Assembly: GCA_963705765.1 (NCBI GenBank)
Contig: CAVPKU010000054.1
Location: 31,659 to 95,658, forward strand
Reading direction: 5' to 3'
Source of the DNA: an uncultured Acidobacteriaceae bacterium
GTDB lineage: Bacteria > Acidobacteriota > Terriglobia > Terriglobales > Acidobacteriaceae
Length of the DNA: 64,000 nucleotides
Every line of letters starts with the position of its first letter. Within the stretch, counting starts at the first letter, position 1. The translations under genes and the position numbers were made by a program. Below are positions 16,734-25,853 of this stretch, one piece after another. The notes beneath the pieces were generated by a model. That model worked only from the letters and a program-made list of their open reading frames with translations, was not told where the DNA came from and did not search any database.

Positions 16734-17324
16734 TCAGGGGCCGGTGGTTGCTGGCAAAGCCTTCGCCTTCAGTTCCTTCGTATGCCGCAACCCGACGTGC
16801 AGCCGCACCGTCTCCCCCGGATCCAAATGCACGTCAAAAACTGCAATGTCGCCCGCCATCGTCGCGGGTTGCGGGTCCGAATCTACCTTCCACCCCCGCG
16901 GAACCTGCTCCAGAACCGCGAAGACCTGCGGCTTCATCGTGATGTTCTGCAGCACGTATTCCTGCTCCCGGACCTCAACGTCGCTCCGCTCCAGTTCGTT
17001 TCCTGCCGGCTTCTCTTCCCGATGCTCCGAGTCCAGCACCGACTCAAGGTGGCATACGTCGGCGATCCACCGTGATTCCGGCAACTTCCTCCCTGAAAGG
17101 GGAAACACCAGCCCCGGAAAAATCTCACAGTTCTGGTTGACGTAAATTCTGCCGTCCGCGCCCTGGAGCGACGTCCCCACAATCGTCATCTGCATGGTGG
17201 ACGGAGTCTCGACGCCTGCCGCTCCGCTCGTCTGCGCCATGGCCGCTCCGTTCCCCAGCAAAGCGGCAAAACCCGCCGCCACAACCCCGAACCCCCTCAC
17301 GCCGCCCTTGCAACTGATCCGCAT
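16734..17324 (-). CDS. hypothetical secreted protein
   Basis: 196 aa with a signal peptide (GFGVVAAGFAALLGNGAAMAQ). It starts 12 nt downstream of the GH127-like gene. No recognisable motif. Confidence 0.5.
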   Translation of the reverse strand: MRISCKGGVRGFGVVAAGFAALLGNGAAMAQTSGAAGVETPSTMQMTIVGTSLQGADGRIYVNQNCEIFPGLVFPLSGRKLPESRWIADVCHLESVLDSEHREEKPAGNELERSDVEVREQEYVLQNITMKPQVFAVLEQVPRGWKVDSDPQPATMAGDIAVFDVHLDPGETVRLHVGLRHTKELKAKALPATTGP

Positions 17325-17336
17325 TGTCGCCCCGCC

Positions 17337-19181
17337 TCAACTCACTCTCAGATATGTCGTGTAGGGTCGATCACCGATCGAAATGAACGGAGCCAGATTT
17401 ACTGGACCGGCCGCCGCTTCCACTTGCCATTGGCGCCCGCCAACCCGTTTTGCGCCCAGCAATTGTTCCCTTGTCACGGCCGGCAAGGCCGATCCCTCTG
17501 CCGCCTTCACCGCCATCAGAACCATCGGCCCCCGCATCAGAGCCACCGTATTCGCGTGCTGACCGTCGATGGCTTCCAGCCTCATCCTGAGCGGAAACTC
17601 CAGTTCCACGCGATCCCCACTCTTCCAGACGCGTCGTACAGCCGCGAAGTTCCCCTGCTCCGTTCCCTTCTGTTCCACGCCATTCACCGCAATCCTCGCT
17701 CCCTCGGCCCAAGCCGGAATCCGAAAATGGAGCGTCTGCTCCACCGCGTGCGAAGTCGCCACCGTCACTGTGACGTGTTCGTCCAATGGATAACTTCCCT
17801 CCTGCGTCAGCGAAAGCGCAGCGCCCTGATCGCTCCAGCGCAGCGTCGACGGAATATAGAGGTTGACGTACACCGCCTGAACACCGCGAAAATACGTGCA
17901 GATCCGATAATCCGCCGCTACCTGCGGCAGGGTTCCGGAGCAGCACGCCCAGCGATCCTTGTGGTACACCCGCTTTCCGTCAAAGTTGTAATCCGAGTAG
18001 TAGTACGTCCTCCCATCCTCTTCGAGAGCTCTGGCGCCCAGCACTGTGTTGTACATCACCCGCTCCATGCTGTCGCCGTAGTGCGCATCGCGCGTCACGC
18101 GCAGCAGGTACCGCGTCATTTTCAGGTGCGCATACGCTCCGCAGGGGGTTTCGAAACTGTGGTGGGTATTCGTCAGACTCGCGTAAAGATCGCCGCTTCC
18201 CGGCGCCCGCAACTGCTCATCCGGACCCCACCCGCCGGTGGCGAAACTCTGCGCCTCCACCATTGCAAACCCGTTGCGCCCCGCCAACAAATGTTTTTCG
18301 CTGCCAGCGGCCAGATAGGCCATCATTGCCGAGTTCAGCGAGTTGACATGACTGTACGCATGCCGCCCGGCGAGCACGTTTTCATTCCGCGAAAGGGGAT
18401 CGAACCATGGCTGATCGTCCAGATACTGCAGGCCCAGATCGAAATACCGCCGCCCTGCTCCACGTTGATACGCCAGAAACAGGTTCTCCGGCATCGTGTA
18501 GGACTCGTCCCAGGTCCACGACGGATCATCGTGATCCATCCTCCACCGCGTCCCATGCTCCACCGCATGTCCCGGCAAATACGGAAGCGCGATGTTCGTC
18601 GTCTGCTCCAGAATTGCCATTGCATCCGGATCCTTCGCCAGCGTGTGCGAATCCAGTAGCCCCAATACCACCTTGTCATACGTGTATGCCGGAAATCGAT
18701 TCTTCACGAAGACGTCTGCCGTCACCGCCTGCGCCCAAAGGCGGTTCAGCCGCAACACCTTTTCGCGAGCCGCTTCGTCTCCAGTGATCGCGTACCCCCG
18801 CGCCAGTGCCGACACCCACTGTCCAAACGTGCAACCCGGCGCAAACCCCGGCTGGCCGCTGCGATAATCCCAATCCGGTTCGTAGTGATACCAACCGCCC
18901 AGGTCCTCGCCCGGCGCCGTTTGGCCCGACATCTGCCGAAACGGCTTCAGCAAACTGTCGTCGCTCAACCCCATCAGTACCGCGTGTGTCTGGCGCAGTT
19001 GCGTCTCGTGAAGGTCGCTTGCCAGGAGGACGTCTTTGTACTCAAATTCCTCGAGCGGTTCCTTGCTCAGACCATCCGCATCAAACCCCGCGCCCCAGCC
19101 GAGCCTTCCCGATGCAACCACGCCCGTCGCCAGCGATCCCACCTCGAGAAACCGTCGCCGCGAAATTTTTCCTGAACCCAT
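17337..19181 (-). CDS. DUF1680 / glycoside hydrolase family 127-like protein (beta-L-arabinofuranosidase family)
   Basis: 614 aa. Tat-type signal (SRRRFLEVGSLATG). Overall length and Cys-containing blocks (FETPCGAY, DRWACCSGTLPQ) resemble the Cys/Glu-Zn site region of GH127. Confidence 0.6.
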   Translation of the reverse strand: MGSGKISRRRFLEVGSLATGVVASGRLGWGAGFDADGLSKEPLEEFEYKDVLLASDLHETQLRQTHAVLMGLSDDSLLKPFRQMSGQTAPGEDLGGWYHYEPDWDYRSGQPGFAPGCTFGQWVSALARGYAITGDEAAREKVLRLNRLWAQAVTADVFVKNRFPAYTYDKVVLGLLDSHTLAKDPDAMAILEQTTNIALPYLPGHAVEHGTRWRMDHDDPSWTWDESYTMPENLFLAYQRGAGRRYFDLGLQYLDDQPWFDPLSRNENVLAGRHAYSHVNSLNSAMMAYLAAGSEKHLLAGRNGFAMVEAQSFATGGWGPDEQLRAPGSGDLYASLTNTHHSFETPCGAYAHLKMTRYLLRVTRDAHYGDSMERVMYNTVLGARALEEDGRTYYYSDYNFDGKRVYHKDRWACCSGTLPQVAADYRICTYFRGVQAVYVNLYIPSTLRWSDQGAALSLTQEGSYPLDEHVTVTVATSHAVEQTLHFRIPAWAEGARIAVNGVEQKGTEQGNFAAVRRVWKSGDRVELEFPLRMRLEAIDGQHANTVALMRGPMVLMAVKAAEGSALPAVTREQLLGAKRVGGRQWQVEAAAGPVNLAPFISIGDRPYTTYLRVS

Positions 19182-19253
19182 CGAGCCCCCGGAAACTACT
19201 CACCAGGCATAGTCTCAGGAACCTCCCCGGTCAACTCAACCCATCCCCGCAAA

Positions 19254-19284
19254 CGCAAAAACGCCCGGCACTCGGCCGGGCGTT
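19254..19284 (-). terminator. rho-independent terminator of ilvE
   Basis: The minus strand reads AACGCCCGGC-CGAGT-GCCGGGCGTT followed by TTTGCGTTTG. This is a perfect 10-bp GC-rich stem about 20 nt after the ilvE stop. Confidence 0.75.
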
Positions 19285-19305
19285 CCTGGTTCTTTCTCTT
19301 CGCTT

Positions 19306-20244
19306 TTAAGCAGTCACCGGCTGTTCCGCCTGCACTCGCACCGGCGTGAGCCAGCCGAACCGGTCCGGCTTCAAGCCGTTGGCGATCCCGAAGAACTCCT
19401 CGCGCAGTTGCTTCGTAATTGCTCCTGGCTCGCCGTCACCGATCTGGATCCGATCTACCGACCGGATCGGCGTCACTTCCGCCGCCGTGCCGGTGAAGAA
19501 TACCTCGTCGGCAATGTAGATCATCTCGCGCGGCATCGCCTGCTCCACCACCGGAATTCCGTGGTGCCTGGCCAATGTCAGCACCGAGTCGCGTGTAATT
19601 CCCGACAGCACCGAATTCGCCAGGGGCGTCGTATACAGCACGCCGTTGCGCACCAGGAAGAGATTCTCGCCCGACCCTTCGGCAAGGTACCCGTTCACAT
19701 CCAGCGCGATGCCCTCGGCATAGCCGTTCACGTCGGCTTCCATGCGGATCAACTGCGAATTGGCGTAGTTCGCGCCTGTCTTCGCCAGCGACGGCATGGT
19801 GTTCGGCGCCAGCCGGTTCCACGACGAGATGCAAACATCCGCCGCGTCTCCGGCAACATATTTGCCCCACGGGAAATTTGCGATGTACACCTCGATCGGG
19901 CAGCCCTTCGGATTGACGCCAATCTCGCCGTAGCCGCGCAGCGCGATCGGCCGAACATAGCAAGGCGCAATGCCATTCGCCTCTACCGTCTCCACCACCG
20001 CCGAACACAGCTGATCGAGCGACCACGGCAGCGTCATCCGGTAGATTCGCGCCGAATCGATCATGCGCTGCATGTGTTCCGGCAGCCGGAAGATGGCTGC
20101 CCCTTCAGGCTGCGTGTAGCAGCGAATACCCTCAAAGACCGACGACCCGTAATGCACCACGTGGCTCATCACGTGAAGCTGGGCCTTGTCCCAGGGGATC
20201 AGGTTGCCGTTGTGCCAGATTTTGGCGGTTGGTTGGATGGGCAT
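19306..20244 (-). CDS. ilvE: branched-chain amino acid aminotransferase
   Basis: 312 aa. IWHNGNLIPWDKAQLHVMSHVVHYGSSVFEGIRCY N-terminus and class IV aminotransferase blocks. AAGGAG RBS at 20255-20260. Confidence 0.9.
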   Translation of the reverse strand: MPIQPTAKIWHNGNLIPWDKAQLHVMSHVVHYGSSVFEGIRCYTQPEGAAIFRLPEHMQRMIDSARIYRMTLPWSLDQLCSAVVETVEANGIAPCYVRPIALRGYGEIGVNPKGCPIEVYIANFPWGKYVAGDAADVCISSWNRLAPNTMPSLAKTGANYANSQLIRMEADVNGYAEGIALDVNGYLAEGSGENLFLVRNGVLYTTPLANSVLSGITRDSVLTLARHHGIPVVEQAMPREMIYIADEVFFTGTAAEVTPIRSVDRIQIGDGEPGAITKQLREEFFGIANGLKPDRFGWLTPVRVQAEQPVTA

Positions 20245-20276
20245 GAACTGCCGTCTCCTTTCGGTTCCAAAAGTCG

Positions 20277-20282
20277 ATTATA
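20277..20282 (-). promoter_or_regulatory. possible -10 box (TATAAT) of ilvE
   Basis: Perfect TATAAT on the minus strand about 33 nt upstream of the ilvE ATG. No good -35 was seen. Confidence 0.3.
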
Positions 20283-20515
20283 TCTGCCCGCAATTCACTT
20301 TTCACCGCGGGTGCCGTTGCAGAAACTGACGCCAAAGTACTACTTTGATGAACCGCGATCGTTCACCACGCGCTTACGGCTCAACTTCAGTTCGAAACCC
20401 GACAGTTGTCCAACTGGTTTCCTTCGGTCCCATTCTGCTGGCGTTTTGCTGTCGTTTCACGAGGCTGTGGTATCTCTCAGCGCAGTCGGGCTTCGTCCAC
20501 GCCGTCGGAGAATGG

Positions 20516-20653
20516 ATGTTTCTTCTCATCAAGCGCCTTCTCGGCTGGATCTTCGGAACACTCTTCGCCCTCGTCATCGTGCTCGCGGTTCGTTTCTTCG
20601 AACGCCGTTTGCGATTTCAGACACGCCGCGATCCCGCCTGGCGATCCCGATAG
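20516..20653 (+). CDS. possible small single-TM protein (45 aa)
   Basis: MFLLIKRLLGWIFGTLFALVIVLAVRFFERRL... GGAG lies 5 nt upstream and the codon bias is gene-like, but the ORF is short and unsupported otherwise. Confidence 0.25.
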   Translation: MFLLIKRLLGWIFGTLFALVIVLAVRFFERRLRFQTRRDPAWRSR

Positions 20654-20739
20654 ACCTGTCCGGTCCTGTTTTCATCGTCCCGGTTTCTGTCCGCTCCGCA
20701 ACAAGCAGCAACCTGTAATCCGTGATCTGTGCCATGTAA

Positions 20740-20775
20740 CCCTGTTCCCTCTACCGCAGCACCCTGTTCCCTGTT
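20740..20775. repeat. heptamer array CCCTGTT CCCTCTA (CCGCAGCA) CCCTGTT CCCTGTT (CCCTNNN family)
   Basis: Tandem 7-mers with one 8-nt interruption, about 55 nt upstream of tRNA-Glu. Confidence 0.65.
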
Positions 20776-20831
20776 ACATTCAGAAGTGGCCCGCTGCGCG
20801 GTTGAGCCTTTCCGGCCCCCGCGACCCAAGC

Positions 20832-20909
20832 GTCCCCGTCGTCTAGCCCGGCCCAGGACACCGCCCTTTCACGGCGATAACACGGGTTCAAATCCCGTCG
20901 GGGACGCCA
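20832..20909 (+). tRNA. tRNA-Glu (anticodon TTC), CCA encoded
   Basis: GTCCCCGTCGTCTAGCCCGGCCCAGGACACCGCCCTTTCACGGCGATAACACGGGTTCAAATCCCGTCGGGGACGCCA. The 7-bp acceptor stem pairs GTCCCCG with CGGGGAC. Anticodon loop CTTTCAC, T-loop GGTTCAAATCC. Nearly identical in layout to E. coli tRNA-Glu. Confidence 0.92.
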
Positions 20910-21066
20910 AACGAGACATCACCGAGATCCGACCCTAACAGGCTGTTGGCGCATCCAGGCCGAGCTTCCGCAGCGAATCCTTACCCTCGGACATACCCGG
21001 ATGTGCAGCAGACACAGAGAATTTCTGACCCGTGAGGGTTGCGAAAACAAATGGTTTCGCAGACGA

Positions 21067-21094
21067 GTCAGCACGCTCCGCTCAGCGTGCTGAC
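21067..21094. promoter_or_regulatory. perfect 11-bp inverted repeat GTCAGCACGCT-N6-AGCGTGCTGAC
   Basis: Lies in the 356-bp gap between tRNA-Glu and the efflux operon. It could be an operator or a hairpin. Confidence 0.35.
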
Positions 21095-21265
21095 CGTGAC
21101 GGCAACTGCAAGTGGTACCCATCCCGGACGGTCAGGGAATTGGAGCAGGGTGCACTATTCCCCTTTTCTTCGCTGGCTTCGGGTCTGTCAACCTTGCGGT
21201 GTAATCTTGTGCTGTCACCAAACAGAACAAATGCCGGAGGACCAGCGTAAACAACTGGGCCGACT

Positions 21266-22486
21266 ATGCCTGAAGCACCTGTCAAGCAGGACCTCGGAGG
21301 GCTGCGCATCGAGGCGCACAAGCGTGGCTCTCGAAACGCCGGGAAGCTCATCGCGATTGTTTTTGCCGTTCTGGTCATCTCGCTGCTGATCGTTGGCGGC
21401 GTCTACGCGTATGTGCATCAGGCGCCGTCGGTGCAGGTTGCTACGGCAGACGCTCCGCAAACCGGCCCGCAGGCGATGCTCAACGCCAGCGGATATGTAA
21501 CGCCGCAGCGGCGGGCCACCGTGGCGTCCAAGGTGACCGGGCGGGTCACGGGTGTCTTTTTTACCGAAGGACTGCACGTACACAAGGGATTTGTGCTGGC
21601 CACGCTGGACGATTCCGATGCGCAGAGGGCCCTGGCATCCGCGCAAGCGGATCGCAATGCCACGCAGGCGAACATTCTGGACCTGAAGGTGCAGTTAAAG
21701 AACGCACAGATCGAGTTGCATCGCGCTCAGGAGTTGAGGACGGCAGGCATTCAAACGCAGGAGCAGCTGGACAATGCGACGATGACCGAGAACAGCCTGC
21801 GGGCGAAGATCGACTACGCGCAGGCGCAGGTGTTGGCCTCGGACGCGCGCATCAAAGAGGCGCAACAGGCGGTGGATAACACCATCATCAGCGCTCCGTT
21901 CGACGGAATCATCGTTTCCAAGGACGCACAGGTAGGAGAGATGGTATCGCCGATTTCGGCCGGCGGCGGATTTACACGCACGGGAATCGCGACCCTCGTC
22001 GATATGGCCTCGAATGAAATCGAGGTGGACGTCAACGAAAACTACATCGCGCGCGTGAAGCCTGGCCAGGAGGTGAACGCCGTTCTGGATGCCTATCCTG
22101 ACTGGCAGATTCCGTGCCGCGTTCGCACCATCATTCCCACGGCCGATCGTCAAAAGGCCACGGTCGAGGTGCGAGTTGCCTTCGATAAGCTGGATCCGCG
22201 CATTCTGCCGGATATGGGAGTGAAGGTCACGTTTCTCGGGGACGAGAAGCAGGCGACAAAAGCGCCGACCGGCCTGCTGGTGCCGCAGAACGCGGTTCGC
22301 GACGATGGCGGGCAGAAGATCGTTTTCCTGGTGAAAGGCGATCACGTCGAGCGCCACGCCGTGAAAGTCGGCACTACGAATGGCGCGCAAACGCAGATTC
22401 TGGCCGGGCTCACCCCCGGGGATACAGTGGTAGTTGCGGGGCCAGCCGATTTGAAAGATGGCGAGGCAGTAGCGATCAAACGTTAG
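21266..22486 (+). CDS. efflux transporter periplasmic adaptor (HlyD/MacA family)
   Basis: 406 aa. N-terminal TM, a coiled-coil hairpin (QADRNATQANILDLKVQLKNAQIELHRAQEL), and lipoyl/beta-barrel blocks (ISAPFDGIIVSKDAQVGEMV). Confidence 0.85.
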   Translation: MPEAPVKQDLGGLRIEAHKRGSRNAGKLIAIVFAVLVISLLIVGGVYAYVHQAPSVQVATADAPQTGPQAMLNASGYVTPQRRATVASKVTGRVTGVFFTEGLHVHKGFVLATLDDSDAQRALASAQADRNATQANILDLKVQLKNAQIELHRAQELRTAGIQTQEQLDNATMTENSLRAKIDYAQAQVLASDARIKEAQQAVDNTIISAPFDGIIVSKDAQVGEMVSPISAGGGFTRTGIATLVDMASNEIEVDVNENYIARVKPGQEVNAVLDAYPDWQIPCRVRTIIPTADRQKATVEVRVAFDKLDPRILPDMGVKVTFLGDEKQATKAPTGLLVPQNAVRDDGGQKIVFLVKGDHVERHAVKVGTTNGAQTQILAGLTPGDTVVVAGPADLKDGEAVAIKR

Positions 22487-22526
22487 TGCAGCGATCCAGT
22501 TCAGGGGAAATCAAGGAGCGTTGATC

Positions 22527-23267
22527 ATGGTACGCGTCGAGGGCAATGGGGCAGCCGGCAGTCTGATTCAGGTGCGCGGCCTGGACAAAACCTACCGCCG
22601 CGGCAGCGAGGACATCGACGTGCTGCAAGGCTTGAATCTTGACGTCGATCAGGGCGATTTCGTGGCATTCATGGGGCCGAGCGGCTCAGGCAAGACGACT
22701 TTGCTGAACCTGCTGGGTGGCCTTGACGTCCCCACGCGCGGCACCATCAGCGTGGCCGGCGACGAGATCACGCACATGTCGCGCGGCAAGCTGACGGACT
22801 GGCGCGCGCGCCACGTCGGTCTCATCTTCCAGATGTACAACCTTATCCCCGTGCTCACCGCGTTTCAGAACGTCGAACTGCCGCTGCTGCTGACCAAACT
22901 TTCGAAGGCCGAACGCCGGAAGCACGTTGAAACCGCGCTTTCCGTGGTTGGATTGGGCGAGCGCATGGGGCATTTTCCGCGCCAGCTTTCCGGCGGACAG
23001 GAACAGCGTGTTGCTATTGCCCGCGCCATCGTCGCCGACCCCACCTTCCTGTTGTGCGACGAGCCAACGGGCGATCTGGACCGCAAAAGCGCCGATGACG
23101 TGATGGACCTGATCAAGCGCCTGGTGCAGGAGTATGGGAAAACCGTGCTGATGGTGACCCACGACCCACTGGTCGCGCGCCAGGCCAATACCACCCTGCA
23201 TCTGGACAAGGGCGTGCTTGTCGAAGCCGGGGGACGGCAAGGCGTGGTCGCGGGAGGCGCCTCATGA
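22527..23267 (+). CDS. ABC transporter ATP-binding protein (MacB/LolD-like)
   Basis: Walker A GPSGSGKTT, signature LSGGQEQRVAIARA, Walker B LLCDEPTGDLD. AAGGAG RBS at 22513-22518. Confidence 0.9.
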   Translation: MVRVEGNGAAGSLIQVRGLDKTYRRGSEDIDVLQGLNLDVDQGDFVAFMGPSGSGKTTLLNLLGGLDVPTRGTISVAGDEITHMSRGKLTDWRARHVGLIFQMYNLIPVLTAFQNVELPLLLTKLSKAERRKHVETALSVVGLGERMGHFPRQLSGGQEQRVAIARAIVADPTFLLCDEPTGDLDRKSADDVMDLIKRLVQEYGKTVLMVTHDPLVARQANTTLHLDKGVLVEAGGRQGVVAGGAS

Positions 23268-24415
23268 AATTCGGCAGACTGATTTGGGCCAATCTGATAC
23301 GCAAGAAAGCTCGCCTCGTTCTGACCATCGGGTCGTTCGCCGTGGCTCTGTTTCTGTTTGCGCTGCTGGGAGTGGTGAACGACGCGTTCGGCCGTGGAGC
23401 CGACGTGGTGAGCGCGAATCGCCTCGTCACCATCAATCGCACCTCCATCATCAACACCATTCCGCTGTCCTATCGGGATGAAATCCTGCGCATCCCGGGC
23501 GTCAGTTACATCACGCACGATAACTGGTTCGGCGGGACCTATCAGGATCCGAAGAACTTTTTCCCGCAATTCGTGATCGACCCGGAAAACCAGCGGCAGG
23601 TTTTTCCCGAACTCATTGTTCCTGACGATGAGTGGAATACATTTTTGAAAGACCGCCAGGGCGCGATTGTGGGAGCGGACACGATGAAGCGCTTCGGCTG
23701 GAAGATTGGCGACCGCATTCCCATCACTACGACGATTTACGGGCTGGCCGGGAAGCCGTTCGAGTTCAATATCGACGGCGTTTACCATGGCGCGAAGCGG
23801 GAAGACGATCAGACGCAGTTCTGGTTCCAATGGGAATACTTCAAAGAGAGCGTCCCCAACGCGATCAAGGGCCAGGTTGGCTGGTACACGGTTCGCATTG
23901 CGAACCCCGAAGATGCCCCGCGCATCGCCAAAGCCATCGATAACATGTACCTGAATTCGCCCTACGAAACGAAGACCGAGACGGAATCCGCCTTTGCGCA
24001 GGGATGGGTGAAGCAATTCGGCAACATCAAATTCCTGATTACGTCGATCGGAACCGTCGTCTTCTTCACGCTCCTGCTGGTCACCGGAAACACGATGGCT
24101 ATCTCCGTGCGCGAGCGAACCAACGAACTGGGCGTGCTCAAGGCTATCGGGTTCCCTGATCGCGCCGTTCTCGGATTTATTTTGGGCGAGTCGATGGCGA
24201 TTGCGCTTGCCGGGTGTGTGGGCCTGCTGCTTGCGCTGGTCGCTATTCCGCAACTGAGCCGGGCGATGGCGGGTCTGCTGCCTCCGCTGCTGGTGACGAC
24301 CAAAACGCTGGTGTCGGGTGTGATCGCTGCTGTGGTGGTGGGCTTCGCTGCCGGGATTCTTCCCGCCTATGGCGCGATGCGCATGCGCGTGGTGACTGCC
24401 CTTCGGAGGGTCTGA
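23264..24415 (+). CDS. ABC transporter permease (MacB_PCD + FtsX domains)
   Basis: 383 aa. One N-terminal TM, a large periplasmic domain, and a C-terminal 3-TM FtsX-like region (ISVRERTNELGVLKAIGF). Confidence 0.85.
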   Translation: MKFGRLIWANLIRKKARLVLTIGSFAVALFLFALLGVVNDAFGRGADVVSANRLVTINRTSIINTIPLSYRDEILRIPGVSYITHDNWFGGTYQDPKNFFPQFVIDPENQRQVFPELIVPDDEWNTFLKDRQGAIVGADTMKRFGWKIGDRIPITTTIYGLAGKPFEFNIDGVYHGAKREDDQTQFWFQWEYFKESVPNAIKGQVGWYTVRIANPEDAPRIAKAIDNMYLNSPYETKTETESAFAQGWVKQFGNIKFLITSIGTVVFFTLLLVTGNTMAISVRERTNELGVLKAIGFPDRAVLGFILGESMAIALAGCVGLLLALVAIPQLSRAMAGLLPPLLVTTKTLVSGVIAAVVVGFAAGILPAYGAMRMRVVTALRRV

Positions 24416-24417
24416 GC

Positions 24418-25704
24418 ATGGCGGCAAAGCTTATTTTCGGTGTCGTGATCACTGCGGCGGCCATCGCTGCCCTGCTCCTCGTCCTGATCATCGTGGGCGG
24501 GATCCTTGCAGGATTGCTGGCGCCGCTCATCGGAAACGTGCCGATCTCGTATAACTTCCGCAGTATTCGAGCGCGCTGGACGTCCACGATTGTGGCCATT
24601 CTGGGTATTGCCGGAACAGTCGGCGTTTTCGTGGCCATGCTTTCGCTGGCGCACGGCTTTCGAGCCACGCTGGTGGGCTCAGGTACGCCCGACGATGCAC
24701 TGGTGATGCGCGCCGGCTCGACCACGGAAATGATGGGCGGCATCACTCTGGACTCCGTGAAGATCGTCCAGGATAAGCCGGGCGTGGCACGCGATGCGGC
24801 GGGACAACCGCTGGTCACGCAGGAAGTCGTCGGCGTCATTCCCATACCGTTGATCAGCACGGGTACGGACGCCAACGTTGAGGTTCGCGGCGTTTCGCCG
24901 AACGTGCTCGAGATCCGGAAATTCGTGAGGGTCGTTCAGGGGCGGATGTTCCATTCCGGCCTCGACGAGCTCGTCGTGGGCAGGAACGCGTCGAAGACCT
25001 ACGAGGGACTCACCGTCGGCAACACGGTCAACTTTGGCGGCGGCCACTGGAAAGTGGTGGGAGTGTTCGACGCGGGCGGATCGTCGTTCGATTCCGAAGT
25101 GTGGTGCGATTCGCGCATTCTGAACGAGGTGCTCAAGCGCCCGGAAAACATCTTTCAATCGGCCACCGTTCACCTGACTTCTGCAGCGGCCTTCGACCAG
25201 TTCAGGGATTCCATTACTTCTGATCCGCAATTGAATCTGGAAGTCGAGCGCGAAGTGGATTACTACGCGAAGCAATCCTCGGCCATGACGCGACTGATCA
25301 CGATCCTGGGCGGCCTGGTGGCTGCGGTGATGGCGATCGGCGCGGTCTTCGGCGCCCTCAACACGATGTACTCGGCCGTCGCCGAACGGGGACGCGAGAT
25401 TGCCACCATGCGCGCGCTTGGATTCTCCAGCTGGAATGTCATCCTCTCCTTCCTGTTTGAGGCGCTGATGATTTCGTTCATCGCCGGGGTTCTCGGCTGT
25501 TTGGTCGTACTTCCGCTGAACGGCATGACCACGCAGACCATGAATTTCTCGACTTTCTCGAGCATCGCCTTTGCCTTCAAAATCACTTTCAACCTGCTCG
25601 TGATGGGAGTGATTTTCGCGCTGGCTATGGGCGTTCTCGGTGGCTTGTTACCCGCCCTGCGGGCCGCGATGCGCCCCGTGGCCGTCTCCCTGCGCGAGTT
25701 GTAG
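24418..25704 (+). CDS. ABC transporter permease (second FtsX-family subunit)
   Basis: ORF-track frame 24214..25704 was trimmed to ATG 24418 (RBS GGAGGG upstream; MAAKLIFGVVITAAAIAALLL). FtsX block AVAERGREIATMRALGF. Confidence 0.85.
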   Translation: MAAKLIFGVVITAAAIAALLLVLIIVGGILAGLLAPLIGNVPISYNFRSIRARWTSTIVAILGIAGTVGVFVAMLSLAHGFRATLVGSGTPDDALVMRAGSTTEMMGGITLDSVKIVQDKPGVARDAAGQPLVTQEVVGVIPIPLISTGTDANVEVRGVSPNVLEIRKFVRVVQGRMFHSGLDELVVGRNASKTYEGLTVGNTVNFGGGHWKVVGVFDAGGSSFDSEVWCDSRILNEVLKRPENIFQSATVHLTSAAAFDQFRDSITSDPQLNLEVEREVDYYAKQSSAMTRLITILGGLVAAVMAIGAVFGALNTMYSAVAERGREIATMRALGFSSWNVILSFLFEALMISFIAGVLGCLVVLPLNGMTTQTMNFSTFSSIAFAFKITFNLLVMGVIFALAMGVLGGLLPALRAAMRPVAVSLREL

Positions 25705-25853
25705 GGGGTCTGTTACTCGCGACCATTACCCCGAAGTGAGAATGCGCGCAATCGATGGTCGCGGCATGGCCGGAGTCGATGATCGCGTGCAAGCGGACAG
25801 AGACTGAAGGGCTGGCAGGGTCCGCCTCTGGAAGCGTCCCTCCAGCGGCCTGA

